32,949 nucleotides of DNA from positions 1 through 32,949 of the forward strand of contig JBFXLE010000033.1 in the NCBI GenBank assembly GCA_050173015.1. Reading direction: 5' to 3'. The notes under the pieces were generated by a model. The model was not told the origin of the DNA. It ran no database searches and worked only from the letters and a program-made list of their open reading frames with translations. The stretch's first letter is position 1, and the number at the start of each line of letters is the position of its first letter. Origin of the DNA: Calditrichaceae bacterium. GTDB lineage: Bacteria; Calditrichota; Calditrichia; Calditrichales; JBFXGD01. Positions 19,751-29,664 of this stretch are shown one piece after another. Position numbers and translations under genes: made by a program.

Positions 19751-19779
19751 AATACAATCTGACTATAAAAAAGTTGGTT
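19751..19779 (-). promoter_or_regulatory. Putative autoregulatory ECF promoter/binding motif
   Basis: AACCAACTTT-N12-TTGTATT directly abutting the sigma ATG. Confidence 0.55.
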
Positions 19780-19813
19780 CAGTTTTTTTTTAATCCTTTA
19801 GATAATTAATCCG

Positions 19814-20098
19814 TCACTCAATTTCAAAAATCATATCGAACCCGGCATATGTAAATACTTCTTTTATATGCCGGTTCATATTTTTTAATTTTAATCGATG
19901 TCCGGAGTTATTCAGGCGTTTCTGCGTCATTAATAAAACGCTCAGACCCGCGCTGGATATGTAATCAAGATTCTCAAAATTTACATCGCATGAACTGATG
20001 ATTTCTTCAAACACGGCTTTTGCCTTATCCGTCTGAGCCGCGTCTAAACGGCCAGAAAGCAAAACAGTACTATCTTCTCCCAATTTAATTTCAAACAT
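19814..20098 (-). CDS. STAS-domain anti-sigma-factor antagonist (RsbV/SpoIIAA-like)
   Basis: LSGRLDA and LDYISSAGL phosphoacceptor motif. Confidence 0.9.
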   Translation of the reverse strand: MFEIKLGEDSTVLLSGRLDAAQTDKAKAVFEEIISSCDVNFENLDYISSAGLSVLLMTQKRLNNSGHRLKLKNMNRHIKEVFTYAGFDMIFEIE

Positions 20099-20516
20099 TT
20101 GTCCGCCTTAATTTTTTCACCAAAGTGATTACCGCTTTATTTTCACCATACTCATATTCAATCCGGTCAACATATTGTGTCGCGAGATGAACACCTATTC
20201 CCCCGGTCTCACGATCAGTCAGGGTTCGGGTTGTGTCATATTTTTTTGCTTTTCTGATATCAAATCCTTTTGTATTGAATTCACTCATTCTCACAATCAA
20301 TTCATCCTCCGCGCGCATGAGTGTGATCAATATGTCCTCTTTATTATCAGCGTTGTATTTTACCATATTTGTAAATAATTCCTCGACCGCGAGGGACAAT
20401 CCAAACGCGGAATCTTCATCCACATCGCTTCTTTTAACAAATTCGTCGATAAACTCAAAAACTTTCTCCACTTCCCGAAGGCTTCTTTTAAAACGTTTTT
20501 CCATTTCATTCCGCAT
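20091..20516 (-). CDS. RsbW/SpoIIAB-like anti-sigma serine kinase (HATPase_c)
   Basis: LAVEELFTNMVKY N-box and GGIGVHL G-box. Confidence 0.9.
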   Translation of the reverse strand: MRNEMEKRFKRSLREVEKVFEFIDEFVKRSDVDEDSAFGLSLAVEELFTNMVKYNADNKEDILITLMRAEDELIVRMSEFNTKGFDIRKAKKYDTTRTLTDRETGGIGVHLATQYVDRIEYEYGENKAVITLVKKLRRTNV

Positions 20517-20531
20517 AAAATTTGTTTTGAC

Positions 20532-21857
20532 TTAAATTATTTTTATCGCGATCATGGCGATATCATCCGCCTGAGCGGCATCCCCGGTAAAACGCCGGAG
20601 TTCCTTTTTTACAGATTCTATGACCATCCCGGCGGATTCGCGCGCGGATATTTTCACCGCGCTCATCATTCTCTCCATCTGAAACATCTCTTCGTCGCCG
20701 TTGACCGATTCTGTCACCCCGTCAGTGTAAATAAAAATCTGATCGCCGGAATTCAATGCTGACTTGTGCAATTGATAATCATAATTCGGCGATACATTCA
20801 GCGCGCAGCCTTTGACTTCAATCATCTTCAGGGAATCATCCGATCCGCGGTAAAACAGGAAAGGATTATGTCCCGCGTTTGAATAGTACAGGACCTTTTC
20901 ACGGAAGTCGATCACCAGAAAGAGCATGGTTACAAATAATTCAGGAGGTAAAGTCCGACTTAAGATAGAATTGATTTCTCCCAGTCCCCGGTCGGCCGAA
21001 GTATAGTTTAATGTAATCGATTGCAGGATGCCTTTGATCATCGTCATCACCAGCGCCGCGGAAGGACCGTGACCTGACACATCGGCAATGACGATTCCCG
21101 TTTTTTGATCACCGAGGTCAAAGAAATCAAAATAGTCTCCGCCGACAGCATCCGCCGGAAGAAAATAACTTGCCACATCCATCCCCGGAGATTGTGGGTT
21201 CTTTTCAGGTAGCAGACTTTGCTGCATCTTGCGGGCGAGATCCAATTCATTTTCAAGCCGTCTTTTCTCATGCGCTTCTGTTTGTAACTGCGAATTACGG
21301 ATCAGCTGTCCCGATTGAGCCGCGATGATAGAGAGAAGTCTTAGATCGTCTGGAGTAAAAGGAGTTTCCGTTTTTTTATTGGTGACCATCAAAACGCCAA
21401 TTATTTTCGCCTTTAACCAGATCGGAACACAAAGTATACTGCGGATGTCTTCCTGTTCTTTCAAAGTGGTTTTGAAGCGATCATCCTCCGCGAGATGATC
21501 CACCAATAACGGTTGACGGTGCTTTAGTACCCAACCCGTGATATGCGTACCCACTCTGTAGGTCATTAATCTGCCTGAATGATCCGCCTGCCTGATTAAT
21601 GTCTGAAGCGGTTTGTCCTTCTGTTCCGTCACCAGCAAAATTGAACCCTGTTCGGCTTTAACCGCTTTGATCGATTTCTCTACAATCAGATCCAGCATCT
21701 CATCCAGTTCAGAGGCTCTGCCCGCGGCGATAGCCAGTTCATTTAGAACGGTCAACTCATCAACCGCTGATTTTAGCCTTTCAACTTCGTTTTGAAGACG
21801 GAGGATTTCAGACATTTCTTTGTCTGCTATTTTTTGCTGTGTGGTGGATTGATTCAT
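20532..21857 (-). CDS. Coiled coil-GAF-PP2C (SpoIIE/RsbU-like) phosphatase
   Basis: VGGDYFD, ADVSGHG, NAGH, YTDGVTE and DDIAM motifs; GAF NKK..F...D. The G5 SD favours a start at 21857 (MNQST). Confidence 0.93.
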   Translation of the reverse strand: MNQSTTQQKIADKEMSEILRLQNEVERLKSAVDELTVLNELAIAAGRASELDEMLDLIVEKSIKAVKAEQGSILLVTEQKDKPLQTLIRQADHSGRLMTYRVGTHITGWVLKHRQPLLVDHLAEDDRFKTTLKEQEDIRSILCVPIWLKAKIIGVLMVTNKKTETPFTPDDLRLLSIIAAQSGQLIRNSQLQTEAHEKRRLENELDLARKMQQSLLPEKNPQSPGMDVASYFLPADAVGGDYFDFFDLGDQKTGIVIADVSGHGPSAALVMTMIKGILQSITLNYTSADRGLGEINSILSRTLPPELFVTMLFLVIDFREKVLYYSNAGHNPFLFYRGSDDSLKMIEVKGCALNVSPNYDYQLHKSALNSGDQIFIYTDGVTESVNGDEEMFQMERMMSAVKISARESAGMVIESVKKELRRFTGDAAQADDIAMIAIKII

Positions 21858-21923
21858 TCCACCCCCTGACATTAAAACATAAACCGGCTTTACCGGATGT
21901 TTTATGAACTTTTAATCCGGCTC

Positions 21924-22268
21924 TCACGAAGATTTGTAGTGTTCTACGGCTTTGTCAACGGATTCATAAATTTCAAAAACACGCACTAATTGAGTCATCA
22001 CGAAGATACTGCGCACTTTCTCTGTCAGCCTAGACAAACATAATTCTCCTCCGGCATTACGCACCGTCGTCAGACTGCGCATCAATGCACCGACTCCCAT
22101 ACTGTTCATCCAGTTTACTCCCTGAAGATCAATAACAATTTTTTTCGCTCCACCGCCAATTAAGCTTCGAACTTCGTTGTGCAGATCATCGGTTTCCGGG
22201 AAACCCATAATTTTCCCTTTTAACCATAAAATCCCCACTTCTCCATCAATTTTGTCTTTGGTTTTCAT
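21924..22268 (-). CDS. STAS-domain anti-sigma-factor antagonist
   Basis: IVIDLQGVNWMNSMGVG motif; start reassigned to MKTKDK after a G6 SD. Confidence 0.88.
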   Translation of the reverse strand: MKTKDKIDGEVGILWLKGKIMGFPETDDLHNEVRSLIGGGAKKIVIDLQGVNWMNSMGVGALMRSLTTVRNAGGELCLSRLTEKVRSIFVMTQLVRVFEIYESVDKAVEHYKSS

Positions 22269-22529
22269 TGAGCCCCCCACAATTAAGGATAAAGATGAAA
22301 TGTAGTTGTAATTTCTAAGATTAGACCGGAATATTTTATAAATTTTCACACAAAAAGAAGTAGGAAATGTAATAAATCGTATTCCGCGCAGAAAAAAGTG
22401 GCGCTCGTTTCCAGACCGGATCATACGGTAAATGAAATGACGGTTCTGACTCAGCCTATCTGCCGGAAATCTAAATATGAAATTAGTAAAAGTAAACGAT
22501 TGATTTTTTTTCTACGTTCTCCTAAATGA

Positions 22530-22958
22530 TCATTCAACAACGATTTGAGGTGGTGATCCTCCTGTCGCGAACTCCAGATCCGCCAGACAAAAAACAGCAT
22601 ACGGATTTGGCCCTTTTTTAGCCAGATTTCCCACTGTCACCCGGAATTCTTCGCCGTCATCAATTGTATGGGTATATTTTCCAACAAGCTTCTGATCTAA
22701 AAACTGAATAAATACTTTTGATCCGTACGCGGTCCAGATTATCTTATCGCCTTTTTTTACAACAACGGTCGTATTTGTGGTATCAGCAGCCTGGACGACT
22801 TTCCATCCCTTATTTTTTACTTTCAGTATTGAGAGATGATGCTCTTTAGACGCGTTCTGAGCATTTAATAAAAATGAAGGAGCCGGCGCCGCCGCAAAAA
22901 GAACCGCGATGATCAGCAACGATAGAACACCATATAAAATTTTGATCGATCTCATCAT
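22530..22958 (-). CDS. Secreted small beta-sandwich (cupredoxin-like) protein
   Basis: Signal peptide; VVVKKGDKIIWT and PYAVFC segments; C-terminal SPPQIVVE. Confidence 0.75.
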   Translation of the reverse strand: MMRSIKILYGVLSLLIIAVLFAAAPAPSFLLNAQNASKEHHLSILKVKNKGWKVVQAADTTNTTVVVKKGDKIIWTAYGSKVFIQFLDQKLVGKYTHTIDDGEEFRVTVGNLAKKGPNPYAVFCLADLEFATGGSPPQIVVE

Positions 22959-23117
22959 ACCCCCCTGGAATTAATATTACCAACTATAGACATATTGTGT
23001 CGCTATATTCTTGATTAATACATTATTTATCGTGCTCTAATCTGTTCAGTGACATCAAAAAATCATCTGAAATCTCCTCCCTGAAATGCGATCGGCTCGC
23101 TCTGAACTTATCATCTG

Positions 23118-25721
23118 TCATTCCAGATAACGCTTAAAACTTTCATCGGCCAGTAATTCGCGCAATTCCGGCTGATTTAGAATTTCAGATTTCGAATACC
23201 CGTTTTCCAACGCCTTCCCGATCCAGACAATCGCTTTTTTTCTCTCACCTAATTGTTCATAAACTGTTCCGGCTTCATACATGACATGGATGCTTTTTGG
23301 CGCTATTTTAATGGCCCGTTCGATCATCAATTCTGCCTTGATTCTGTTTCCGGTTATCGCGTAGTATCCCGCAAGGCGCGACGTGATATCCGGATCATTT
23401 GGATTAATCAATCTTCGTGTCTCGGCCAGTTCAATCGCTTTTTGATAAAACTTCTGAGCGTTTTTTCTTTCTTCCGGAATCCAGTAATATGCGGATGCCA
23501 GATTTCCCCAGATCAAAAAATCATTCTCATTCATTTCCAGGGCCGCCTTATACATCTCCGCGGCTTGCGTAAATTTCCCTTCAATAAAGTAAAGGGTTCC
23601 TAAGTTTGACGCCACCAGATACGACTTTTGTAACCTGAATGACTGCTCAAACATTTCCCCGGCCTTTTTCCATTTTTCCTGCATATAATAAATACCGCCT
23701 ATATTATTATATCCGCGGCTGTTATCGGGTGTAAGTCTGACGACATGCTGAAATTCTTTAATCGCTTCATCAAAACGACCGTGCCGGTAATAATACACTC
23801 CAAGATCATTATAGCCTGCCCAATAATCCGGTTTCAGTTCGATGGCTTTTTTAAAAGTGACCTCCGCTTCATTGAAGAGCTCCTGCGATTCATATGCTTT
23901 TGCCAAACCGCGGTAGGCATCGGCATCGGTCGGATTAATCTTTAACGCCCGGCTGAAATCCTGTACTGCCTCTTCATATTTTCCGGTACCGGCGTGAACC
24001 ATCCCAAGAGCTGTATTTACCGGCGCCAGGCGGGCATTTAGAACAAATGCCTTTTCACAGGAGGCAACAGCCAAATCCGCATATTCAACTTCTTTTGACG
24101 CGTAAAACTTTCTCCAGTAAGCCTCCCCGAGCCCCGCGCGCGCCTGGGCGTACAGGGAATCACGTTTTAAAGCCTGACTGAACAAACTGATCGCCGCGTC
24201 GATATTTTCGTACTCTTCATATCGCTGGAGATAACCACGACCCTGAAGATAAAATTCATAGGCCAGCGGATCACTCGTTCCCCCTTCTCTTAGCACTTTG
24301 TGTGATTCGGGATTGAGCCTGAGATTGAGCATCGTCATTAGTTTTCCTACAGATCTGTCCTGCAACAATGTCAAATCCGCTTCTTTTACATCAATGACGG
24401 TAGAGCTGATTTGCCTCAAAGTCGATGCATCCACAAGCGTTAGAGTCAGACGAAAAACATCCTTCAATAACTGCAGACTGCCCGTCACCGCGATATTCGC
24501 TCCAAAAATCCGGTGCGCCTCCCCCGGACTGCTGATACCATTTCGACGCACTTCACTGAACGGCACAACCCAAAGCGATCCATGGAATTGCTCAAGCTGT
24601 GACATATTACTGGTGAGTATTTCCGCCAGACCGTCACAAAGAGCGGCCTGCCCCGGATCTCCTCCGATATTCGTTAGAGGCAGCACAAGCAAATGCTGCA
24701 CATCAGGTACCCCGGAAGTTAACAGTTCGGTGCTGATATTACCGAACCTGCCCGTAAGAATGATTCCCGCGAGTATTATAATAATCACGATTGCTGAAAA
24801 TTTTACGGTTTTCTGGTTAAAGAAAACCATCCGCCCAATTCCTTTGGCGGATTTGGTACGTGTGTCCGGGTCCTGCGTCTCATTGGAGTAGATATTATTC
24901 AGATCAGCCAGAACTTCCCGCATGGATTGATAACGGAATTCCGGCTCCTTCTCGAGACACTTTGATATAATCCCGGCCAGCCGCGGCGGAACATCCCGAT
25001 TAATTTCTAAAACCGGGACCGGTTCATCATTTACAATAGAATACATCACGGCCTGTTCATAGGGTCCGCTAAACGGCACTTGTCCGGTTGGCAGCTCGTA
25101 CAAAACAACACCAAACGACCAGATATCGGACCGCTGATCGGCCTCGTCTCCCTTGGCCTGCTCCGGTGACATATAAGCCGCCGTGCCAAGCGTGGATCCG
25201 ACAATCGTGAGCTGTGGATTTCCCCGGATCTTTGCCAGTCCAAAATCCATGATTTTTATTATTCCGTCGCTTGTGAGCATAATATTACTGCTCTTTATAT
25301 CGCGGTGAATGATTCCCTTTTCATGCGCCGTATTCAATCCGGTTGCAGCCTGAATCGCGTAACTGATCAACTCATCCGGAGATATCGCGGGTATTTTAAT
25401 ATCATCATTCGGCTTCTCCCGTCCATCCTGAATGATATCTTTTAGTTCCTGCCCGTTGATATACTCCATAACGATAAATATTTCATCATCCACTTCCTCA
25501 ATGGCATGAACGGTTGCAATATTAGGATTGTTAAGCGATGCGGCTGCTTTTGCTTCAGTTTTGAACCGTTCTTTTTCCTTTGGATCGATACTCACCTGAC
25601 GCGGTAAAAATTTGATGGCCACACGCCTCTCGAGCTTTGTGTCTTCGGCGAGATAAACCACTCCCATACCGCCTTCACCGATTTTTTCGATGATGTGATA
25701 ATGTGAGATTGATCTGATCAT
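23118..25721 (-). CDS. Membrane Ser/Thr kinase with TolB_N-like and TPR domains
   Basis: GEGGMG, HRDIKSSN, DFG and YMSPEQ motifs; TM; LLVLPL; ~10 TPRs. Close paralog of 26205..28820. Confidence 0.93.
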   Translation of the reverse strand: MIRSISHYHIIEKIGEGGMGVVYLAEDTKLERRVAIKFLPRQVSIDPKEKERFKTEAKAAASLNNPNIATVHAIEEVDDEIFIVMEYINGQELKDIIQDGREKPNDDIKIPAISPDELISYAIQAATGLNTAHEKGIIHRDIKSSNIMLTSDGIIKIMDFGLAKIRGNPQLTIVGSTLGTAAYMSPEQAKGDEADQRSDIWSFGVVLYELPTGQVPFSGPYEQAVMYSIVNDEPVPVLEINRDVPPRLAGIISKCLEKEPEFRYQSMREVLADLNNIYSNETQDPDTRTKSAKGIGRMVFFNQKTVKFSAIVIIIILAGIILTGRFGNISTELLTSGVPDVQHLLVLPLTNIGGDPGQAALCDGLAEILTSNMSQLEQFHGSLWVVPFSEVRRNGISSPGEAHRIFGANIAVTGSLQLLKDVFRLTLTLVDASTLRQISSTVIDVKEADLTLLQDRSVGKLMTMLNLRLNPESHKVLREGGTSDPLAYEFYLQGRGYLQRYEEYENIDAAISLFSQALKRDSLYAQARAGLGEAYWRKFYASKEVEYADLAVASCEKAFVLNARLAPVNTALGMVHAGTGKYEEAVQDFSRALKINPTDADAYRGLAKAYESQELFNEAEVTFKKAIELKPDYWAGYNDLGVYYYRHGRFDEAIKEFQHVVRLTPDNSRGYNNIGGIYYMQEKWKKAGEMFEQSFRLQKSYLVASNLGTLYFIEGKFTQAAEMYKAALEMNENDFLIWGNLASAYYWIPEERKNAQKFYQKAIELAETRRLINPNDPDITSRLAGYYAITGNRIKAELMIERAIKIAPKSIHVMYEAGTVYEQLGERKKAIVWIGKALENGYSKSEILNQPELRELLADESFKRYLE

Positions 25722-25863
25722 AGATATAGCCCGTATGAAAGATTTTGAAAACCATAATCCGGAGACAGGAAAAGAACAGTTCGTGAGACTATTCAGGATT
25801 CACACCCATTTTATACCCATACATGATGCGACGGTAAATCTGTCACTCCTGAGGCAACACATT

Positions 25864-26163
25864 CTAGCGAACAATCATTTCCGGTGTTTCTCTTTTAACC
25901 CCCGCGCAAGCGGTTCCGTTTGACAGCGTAATTGTATAACCGTAGGTATTGCTGGGCGCCGTGTCTTTGATTGTCGCCTTGTGGTACTTCCCGTCATTTG
26001 GCACGGTCAAAGGAAAATCCGATGATAAAATCGAATCATTGCTTCCGGCGTTGACGATATACGAATTTGCGTCATTCGATTTGAACCGGATATTATTCCC
26101 TTTGGGAATTTCGATTTGCATTGGACTTGGATTGCAATTGGTAATGGTGACATCCTTAGACAT
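25864..26163 (-). CDS. Small cupredoxin-like beta protein without signal peptide
   Basis: G5 SD; IEIPKGNNIRFK and TYGYTIT segments; C-terminal TPEMIVR; two Cys. Confidence 0.75.
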   Translation of the reverse strand: MSKDVTITNCNPSPMQIEIPKGNNIRFKSNDANSYIVNAGSNDSILSSDFPLTVPNDGKYHKATIKDTAPSNTYGYTITLSNGTACAGVKRETPEMIVR

Positions 26164-26204
26164 ACTTCCCCCTGTGTGGTTAGATGATGATTCTGGTTAA
26201 ACGA

Positions 26205-28820
26205 CTAATTTTTGTACCTTTTCTCAAGCTCCGCGTATCTTGTGTCTTTTCTTAAACCGGTCAGCACCGGATTTCTGTTGATTTCATCGATGGAATATCC
26301 GTTCCCGACGGCCTTTTCTATCCACCTGATTGCCGAGTCCCTTCTGCCGATCTGCTCATACGTCGCGCCGATCCTGAACCATATATTAATTTCTTTTGGA
26401 TTTAGTTCAACGGTCCTGTTCAAATAAACAAGGGTGCTGTCAATCTGACCGCTCTCGATAAAATAAGTCGCCATGCGCGATAAAATATCCGCGTCCTTCG
26501 GATTAATCATAAGCCGTTCACGGGCAAGCGACTCGGCTCGGGCAAACGCTTTTAACGCCAATTCTTGATTAGGAGGAGATGATAAACGGCATGAGGTGCC
26601 AAGATATCCCCAAACCTTAAAATCCGTATCCTGCATGCCCAGAGCCTTCTCATACATTTGAGCGGCATCATTATAATTTCCCTCATAAAAATACATGGTC
26701 GCCAGGTTGGAATAAATACTGTAATCCGGCTGAATCTCCAGCGCCTTTTTAAACATTCTGATGGCTTCATCCTGTTTTTCAATATAGAAATACATCGCGC
26801 CCAGATTCCGATACCCTCCGGCGTTCTGCGGAGTCAGCGCCACCACCTGCTTAAATTGCTGTATCGCGTCCTCATAGCGTCCGTGACGATACAAAAAAAC
26901 CCCGAGATCATTATATCCGCCCCAATAATCCGGTTTTAGCTCTATCGCTTTTTTATAAACGGATTCCGCTTCCTGCAGGCGGCCCTCAGCCATATATGTA
27001 TTCGCGTTTCCCCTGTACGCATCCGCGTTAAAGGGATCAATCTGAAGCGCGCGCTGGAATTCATAATGCGCTTTTTCATAATTTCCTTTTTTTTGATTGA
27101 TGGCTCCCAGGGTCACATATATCGGGGCGACACGGGCATTGATATCAACCGCGCGATTGCAATAATTTGTGGCCTTCTCAATCCATTGAACATCTTCCGT
27201 TTCTTCAAATTTACGCAGGTACGCTTCTCCGAGCCCGGCAAAAGCCAGGGCATAGGAAGGATCTTCAGTGACGGCGCGTTCGAACAATTCGATTGCCAGA
27301 TTTAAATTCTCCACTTTTGTATAGTTCTGCATATACCCGCGTCCCTGAAGATAAAATTCATACGCGCCGGGGTTTGAAGTCTTTCCGGCATTCAAATTCT
27401 CAAGAATCTCCGGCCTGAGGTCGATGTTCAGCATATCTGCCAGTTTCATTACGGCCTCATCCTGAATGATACCTAAATTCTTCATCGGATCATCAATCAT
27501 TTTTGAATCAAGTTGTCTTAACGTGTTTGATTCCACCAAATTCATGGTCACCCGAAGACCTTCGCTGTTTCTCTGCACACTTCCTGTGATCGCCAGATTG
27601 ACGCCGAACATTTGTCTGGCATCGCTCACCGTCCTGATGTTATTTGCGCGCATCTCGCTTGCGGGGATCACCCACAATGCCCCCTCAAACTGTTCAAGCT
27701 GATTGAGTTGACTTGTCAGTGTCTCCGCGAGTCCGTCGCTTAATGCCTGGTTTGACGGATCATTGCCGATATTGGTAAACGGAATAACGGCGATGTGCAA
27801 AACATCCGGCACGGAACTGAGCAGATTACCACCGGGCAGCAAGTAGCGTCCGGATATAAAAATCACCGCGATGAACAGAATCCCAAGAGCAATAAGAGAA
27901 ATTCGTTTTCGCAGAATTGGAGCCAGCGCTTTATTTCCGGTTACGGCCGGGGATGTTTTCAAATCCTTACCGACCGATAATTCGATTTCTTCCCCGTTAT
28001 TTATATATTTTTCAAGTTTTCTTAAATCTTCAAGCAAGTCTTCTGTATGATTGTAGCGCTCATCCCTGTCTTTTGCCAGCATGTTATTAATCATCTGATC
28101 AAAAAACTCCGGAATCTCCGGACGAATATTTGATGGCGGTTCAGGCTCCTCATTCATAATTGAGTACATGACGGCCGATTCGTATTCTCCCTTGAATGGA
28201 AGTTCTCCCGTAAGCATCTCGTATAACACCACACCGAACGACCAAATGTCCGCTCTCAGATCCACATCACCGCCCATGGCTTGTTCGGGGGACATATAGG
28301 CAACCGTTCCCAGGGTCGAACCGATTTGCGTGACTTGTGTCCCGCCGCCGATCTTCGCAAGACCAAAATCCATAATTTTCACATTGTTTTTGATATCCGG
28401 CGCCAGCATGATGTTCGCGCTCTTTATATCCCGATGAATAATTCCCTTCGCATGAGCCGCGTTGAGACCCTCCGCAATTTGAATCGCGATGGAAAGGGAT
28501 TCTTGTATATCCATCGGTCCGGATTGAATTTTTTTCTTCAGATCCTGGCCTTCCAGATATTCCATGACGATAAACATGGTATCATCCACTTCTTCAATGG
28601 CATATATTGTCGCTGAATTTGGATGATTAAACGCGGCGGCGGCCTGCGCTTCAATTTTGAACCGATCCCGGTCGGTAGGAATGGACGCAACCATCTGAGG
28701 CAGGAATTTTATGGCAACCTGGCGCTTGAGTTTGGAGTCTTCGGCCTTGTAAACAATCCCCATGCCCCCTTCGCCAAGTTTTTCAACTATCTTATAATGT
28801 GCTATCAACTGTCCGATCAT
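26205..28820 (-). CDS. Membrane Ser/Thr kinase with TolB_N-like and TPR domains
   Basis: GEGGMG, HRDIKSAN, DFG and YMSPEQ motifs; TM; IAVIPF; TPR array. Confidence 0.93.
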   Translation of the reverse strand: MIGQLIAHYKIVEKLGEGGMGIVYKAEDSKLKRQVAIKFLPQMVASIPTDRDRFKIEAQAAAAFNHPNSATIYAIEEVDDTMFIVMEYLEGQDLKKKIQSGPMDIQESLSIAIQIAEGLNAAHAKGIIHRDIKSANIMLAPDIKNNVKIMDFGLAKIGGGTQVTQIGSTLGTVAYMSPEQAMGGDVDLRADIWSFGVVLYEMLTGELPFKGEYESAVMYSIMNEEPEPPSNIRPEIPEFFDQMINNMLAKDRDERYNHTEDLLEDLRKLEKYINNGEEIELSVGKDLKTSPAVTGNKALAPILRKRISLIALGILFIAVIFISGRYLLPGGNLLSSVPDVLHIAVIPFTNIGNDPSNQALSDGLAETLTSQLNQLEQFEGALWVIPASEMRANNIRTVSDARQMFGVNLAITGSVQRNSEGLRVTMNLVESNTLRQLDSKMIDDPMKNLGIIQDEAVMKLADMLNIDLRPEILENLNAGKTSNPGAYEFYLQGRGYMQNYTKVENLNLAIELFERAVTEDPSYALAFAGLGEAYLRKFEETEDVQWIEKATNYCNRAVDINARVAPIYVTLGAINQKKGNYEKAHYEFQRALQIDPFNADAYRGNANTYMAEGRLQEAESVYKKAIELKPDYWGGYNDLGVFLYRHGRYEDAIQQFKQVVALTPQNAGGYRNLGAMYFYIEKQDEAIRMFKKALEIQPDYSIYSNLATMYFYEGNYNDAAQMYEKALGMQDTDFKVWGYLGTSCRLSSPPNQELALKAFARAESLARERLMINPKDADILSRMATYFIESGQIDSTLVYLNRTVELNPKEINIWFRIGATYEQIGRRDSAIRWIEKAVGNGYSIDEINRNPVLTGLRKDTRYAELEKRYKN

Positions 28821-28851
28821 TGATCTCTACTCATCTTTAGAATGATTAAAA

Positions 28852-29610
28852 TTATCTGATATTTTTACCGCTTACAACGCTGTAATGAGAAACCTGTATG
28901 TCTTCGCTTGTCTTCATATCACCTCTAAAGTCTTTTTCCAGCGCCATTTTCCATTGATAGAAACTTGAAAAAGTGTGTTCAACCAACTGAGTGAGATCTT
29001 CAAACTTTCCATTCTTTTCATAATTTTCCGCGTCTTCCCGGCTATCCCAGATGGTGACTGACATAACGTCATTATCTTCGCTCATATTTCCGATAAGAAA
29101 AGCGTACAGACACCCGGGAATATTATTTAGCGCGGGGATGATCTTTTCAGAGTAAATGTTTTTGAATTCTTCCAATTTCTCTTTCTGTATTTTCGGTGAG
29201 ACAATCCTTACATACATCCGGGATGTATAATTTTCTATCCGTTTTTTTTCATTCTTGTTTATCAACACTGAATATTCTTTAAGAACCGGCTCTTCTGTTA
29301 CCGGTTTATACTCCAGTTCCAGCTGTTCAGATAATTGGATTTTCCACTCTGTTGATTCCGCCAGATAGGGTTTAAATTTCTTCATCAGCTTTGCAAATGT
29401 CCCGCTTTTTTCGCATTGTTCCGCGTTCTCGCCCGAATTCCAGAAACTGAGTGAAATAAATTCATCCGGTCGCACACTGCTGTTGATTAATCCGATGAAT
29501 ATGACGCCTTCAAGCTGTTTAACTTCCGGTATAACGGTGTATTGGAAAAAATTACGAAAGGGTTCCCGGTAAACGGGATTTATTTTGATCTGAAGCATTC
29601 GCATGAACAT
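28852..29610 (-). CDS. Tandem ABM (antibiotic biosynthesis monooxygenase-like, dimeric alpha/beta barrel) domain protein
   Basis: Two internal repeats: MFMR..PEVKQLEG..SLSFWNS and MYVR..PALNNIPG..SVTIWDSREDAENY. Confidence 0.8.
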   Translation of the reverse strand: MFMRMLQIKINPVYREPFRNFFQYTVIPEVKQLEGVIFIGLINSSVRPDEFISLSFWNSGENAEQCEKSGTFAKLMKKFKPYLAESTEWKIQLSEQLELEYKPVTEEPVLKEYSVLINKNEKKRIENYTSRMYVRIVSPKIQKEKLEEFKNIYSEKIIPALNNIPGCLYAFLIGNMSEDNDVMSVTIWDSREDAENYEKNGKFEDLTQLVEHTFSSFYQWKMALEKDFRGDMKTSEDIQVSHYSVVSGKNIR

Positions 29611-29664
29611 ATTTTACCCCCCATGTTATGCGATCACGCGCTTTTTTTAGACACATTTAAATTT

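Noticed and set aside
22269-22424. N-terminal extension of the STAS ORF in the ORF track
   Set aside because: The SD and STAS domain length indicate a start at 22268.
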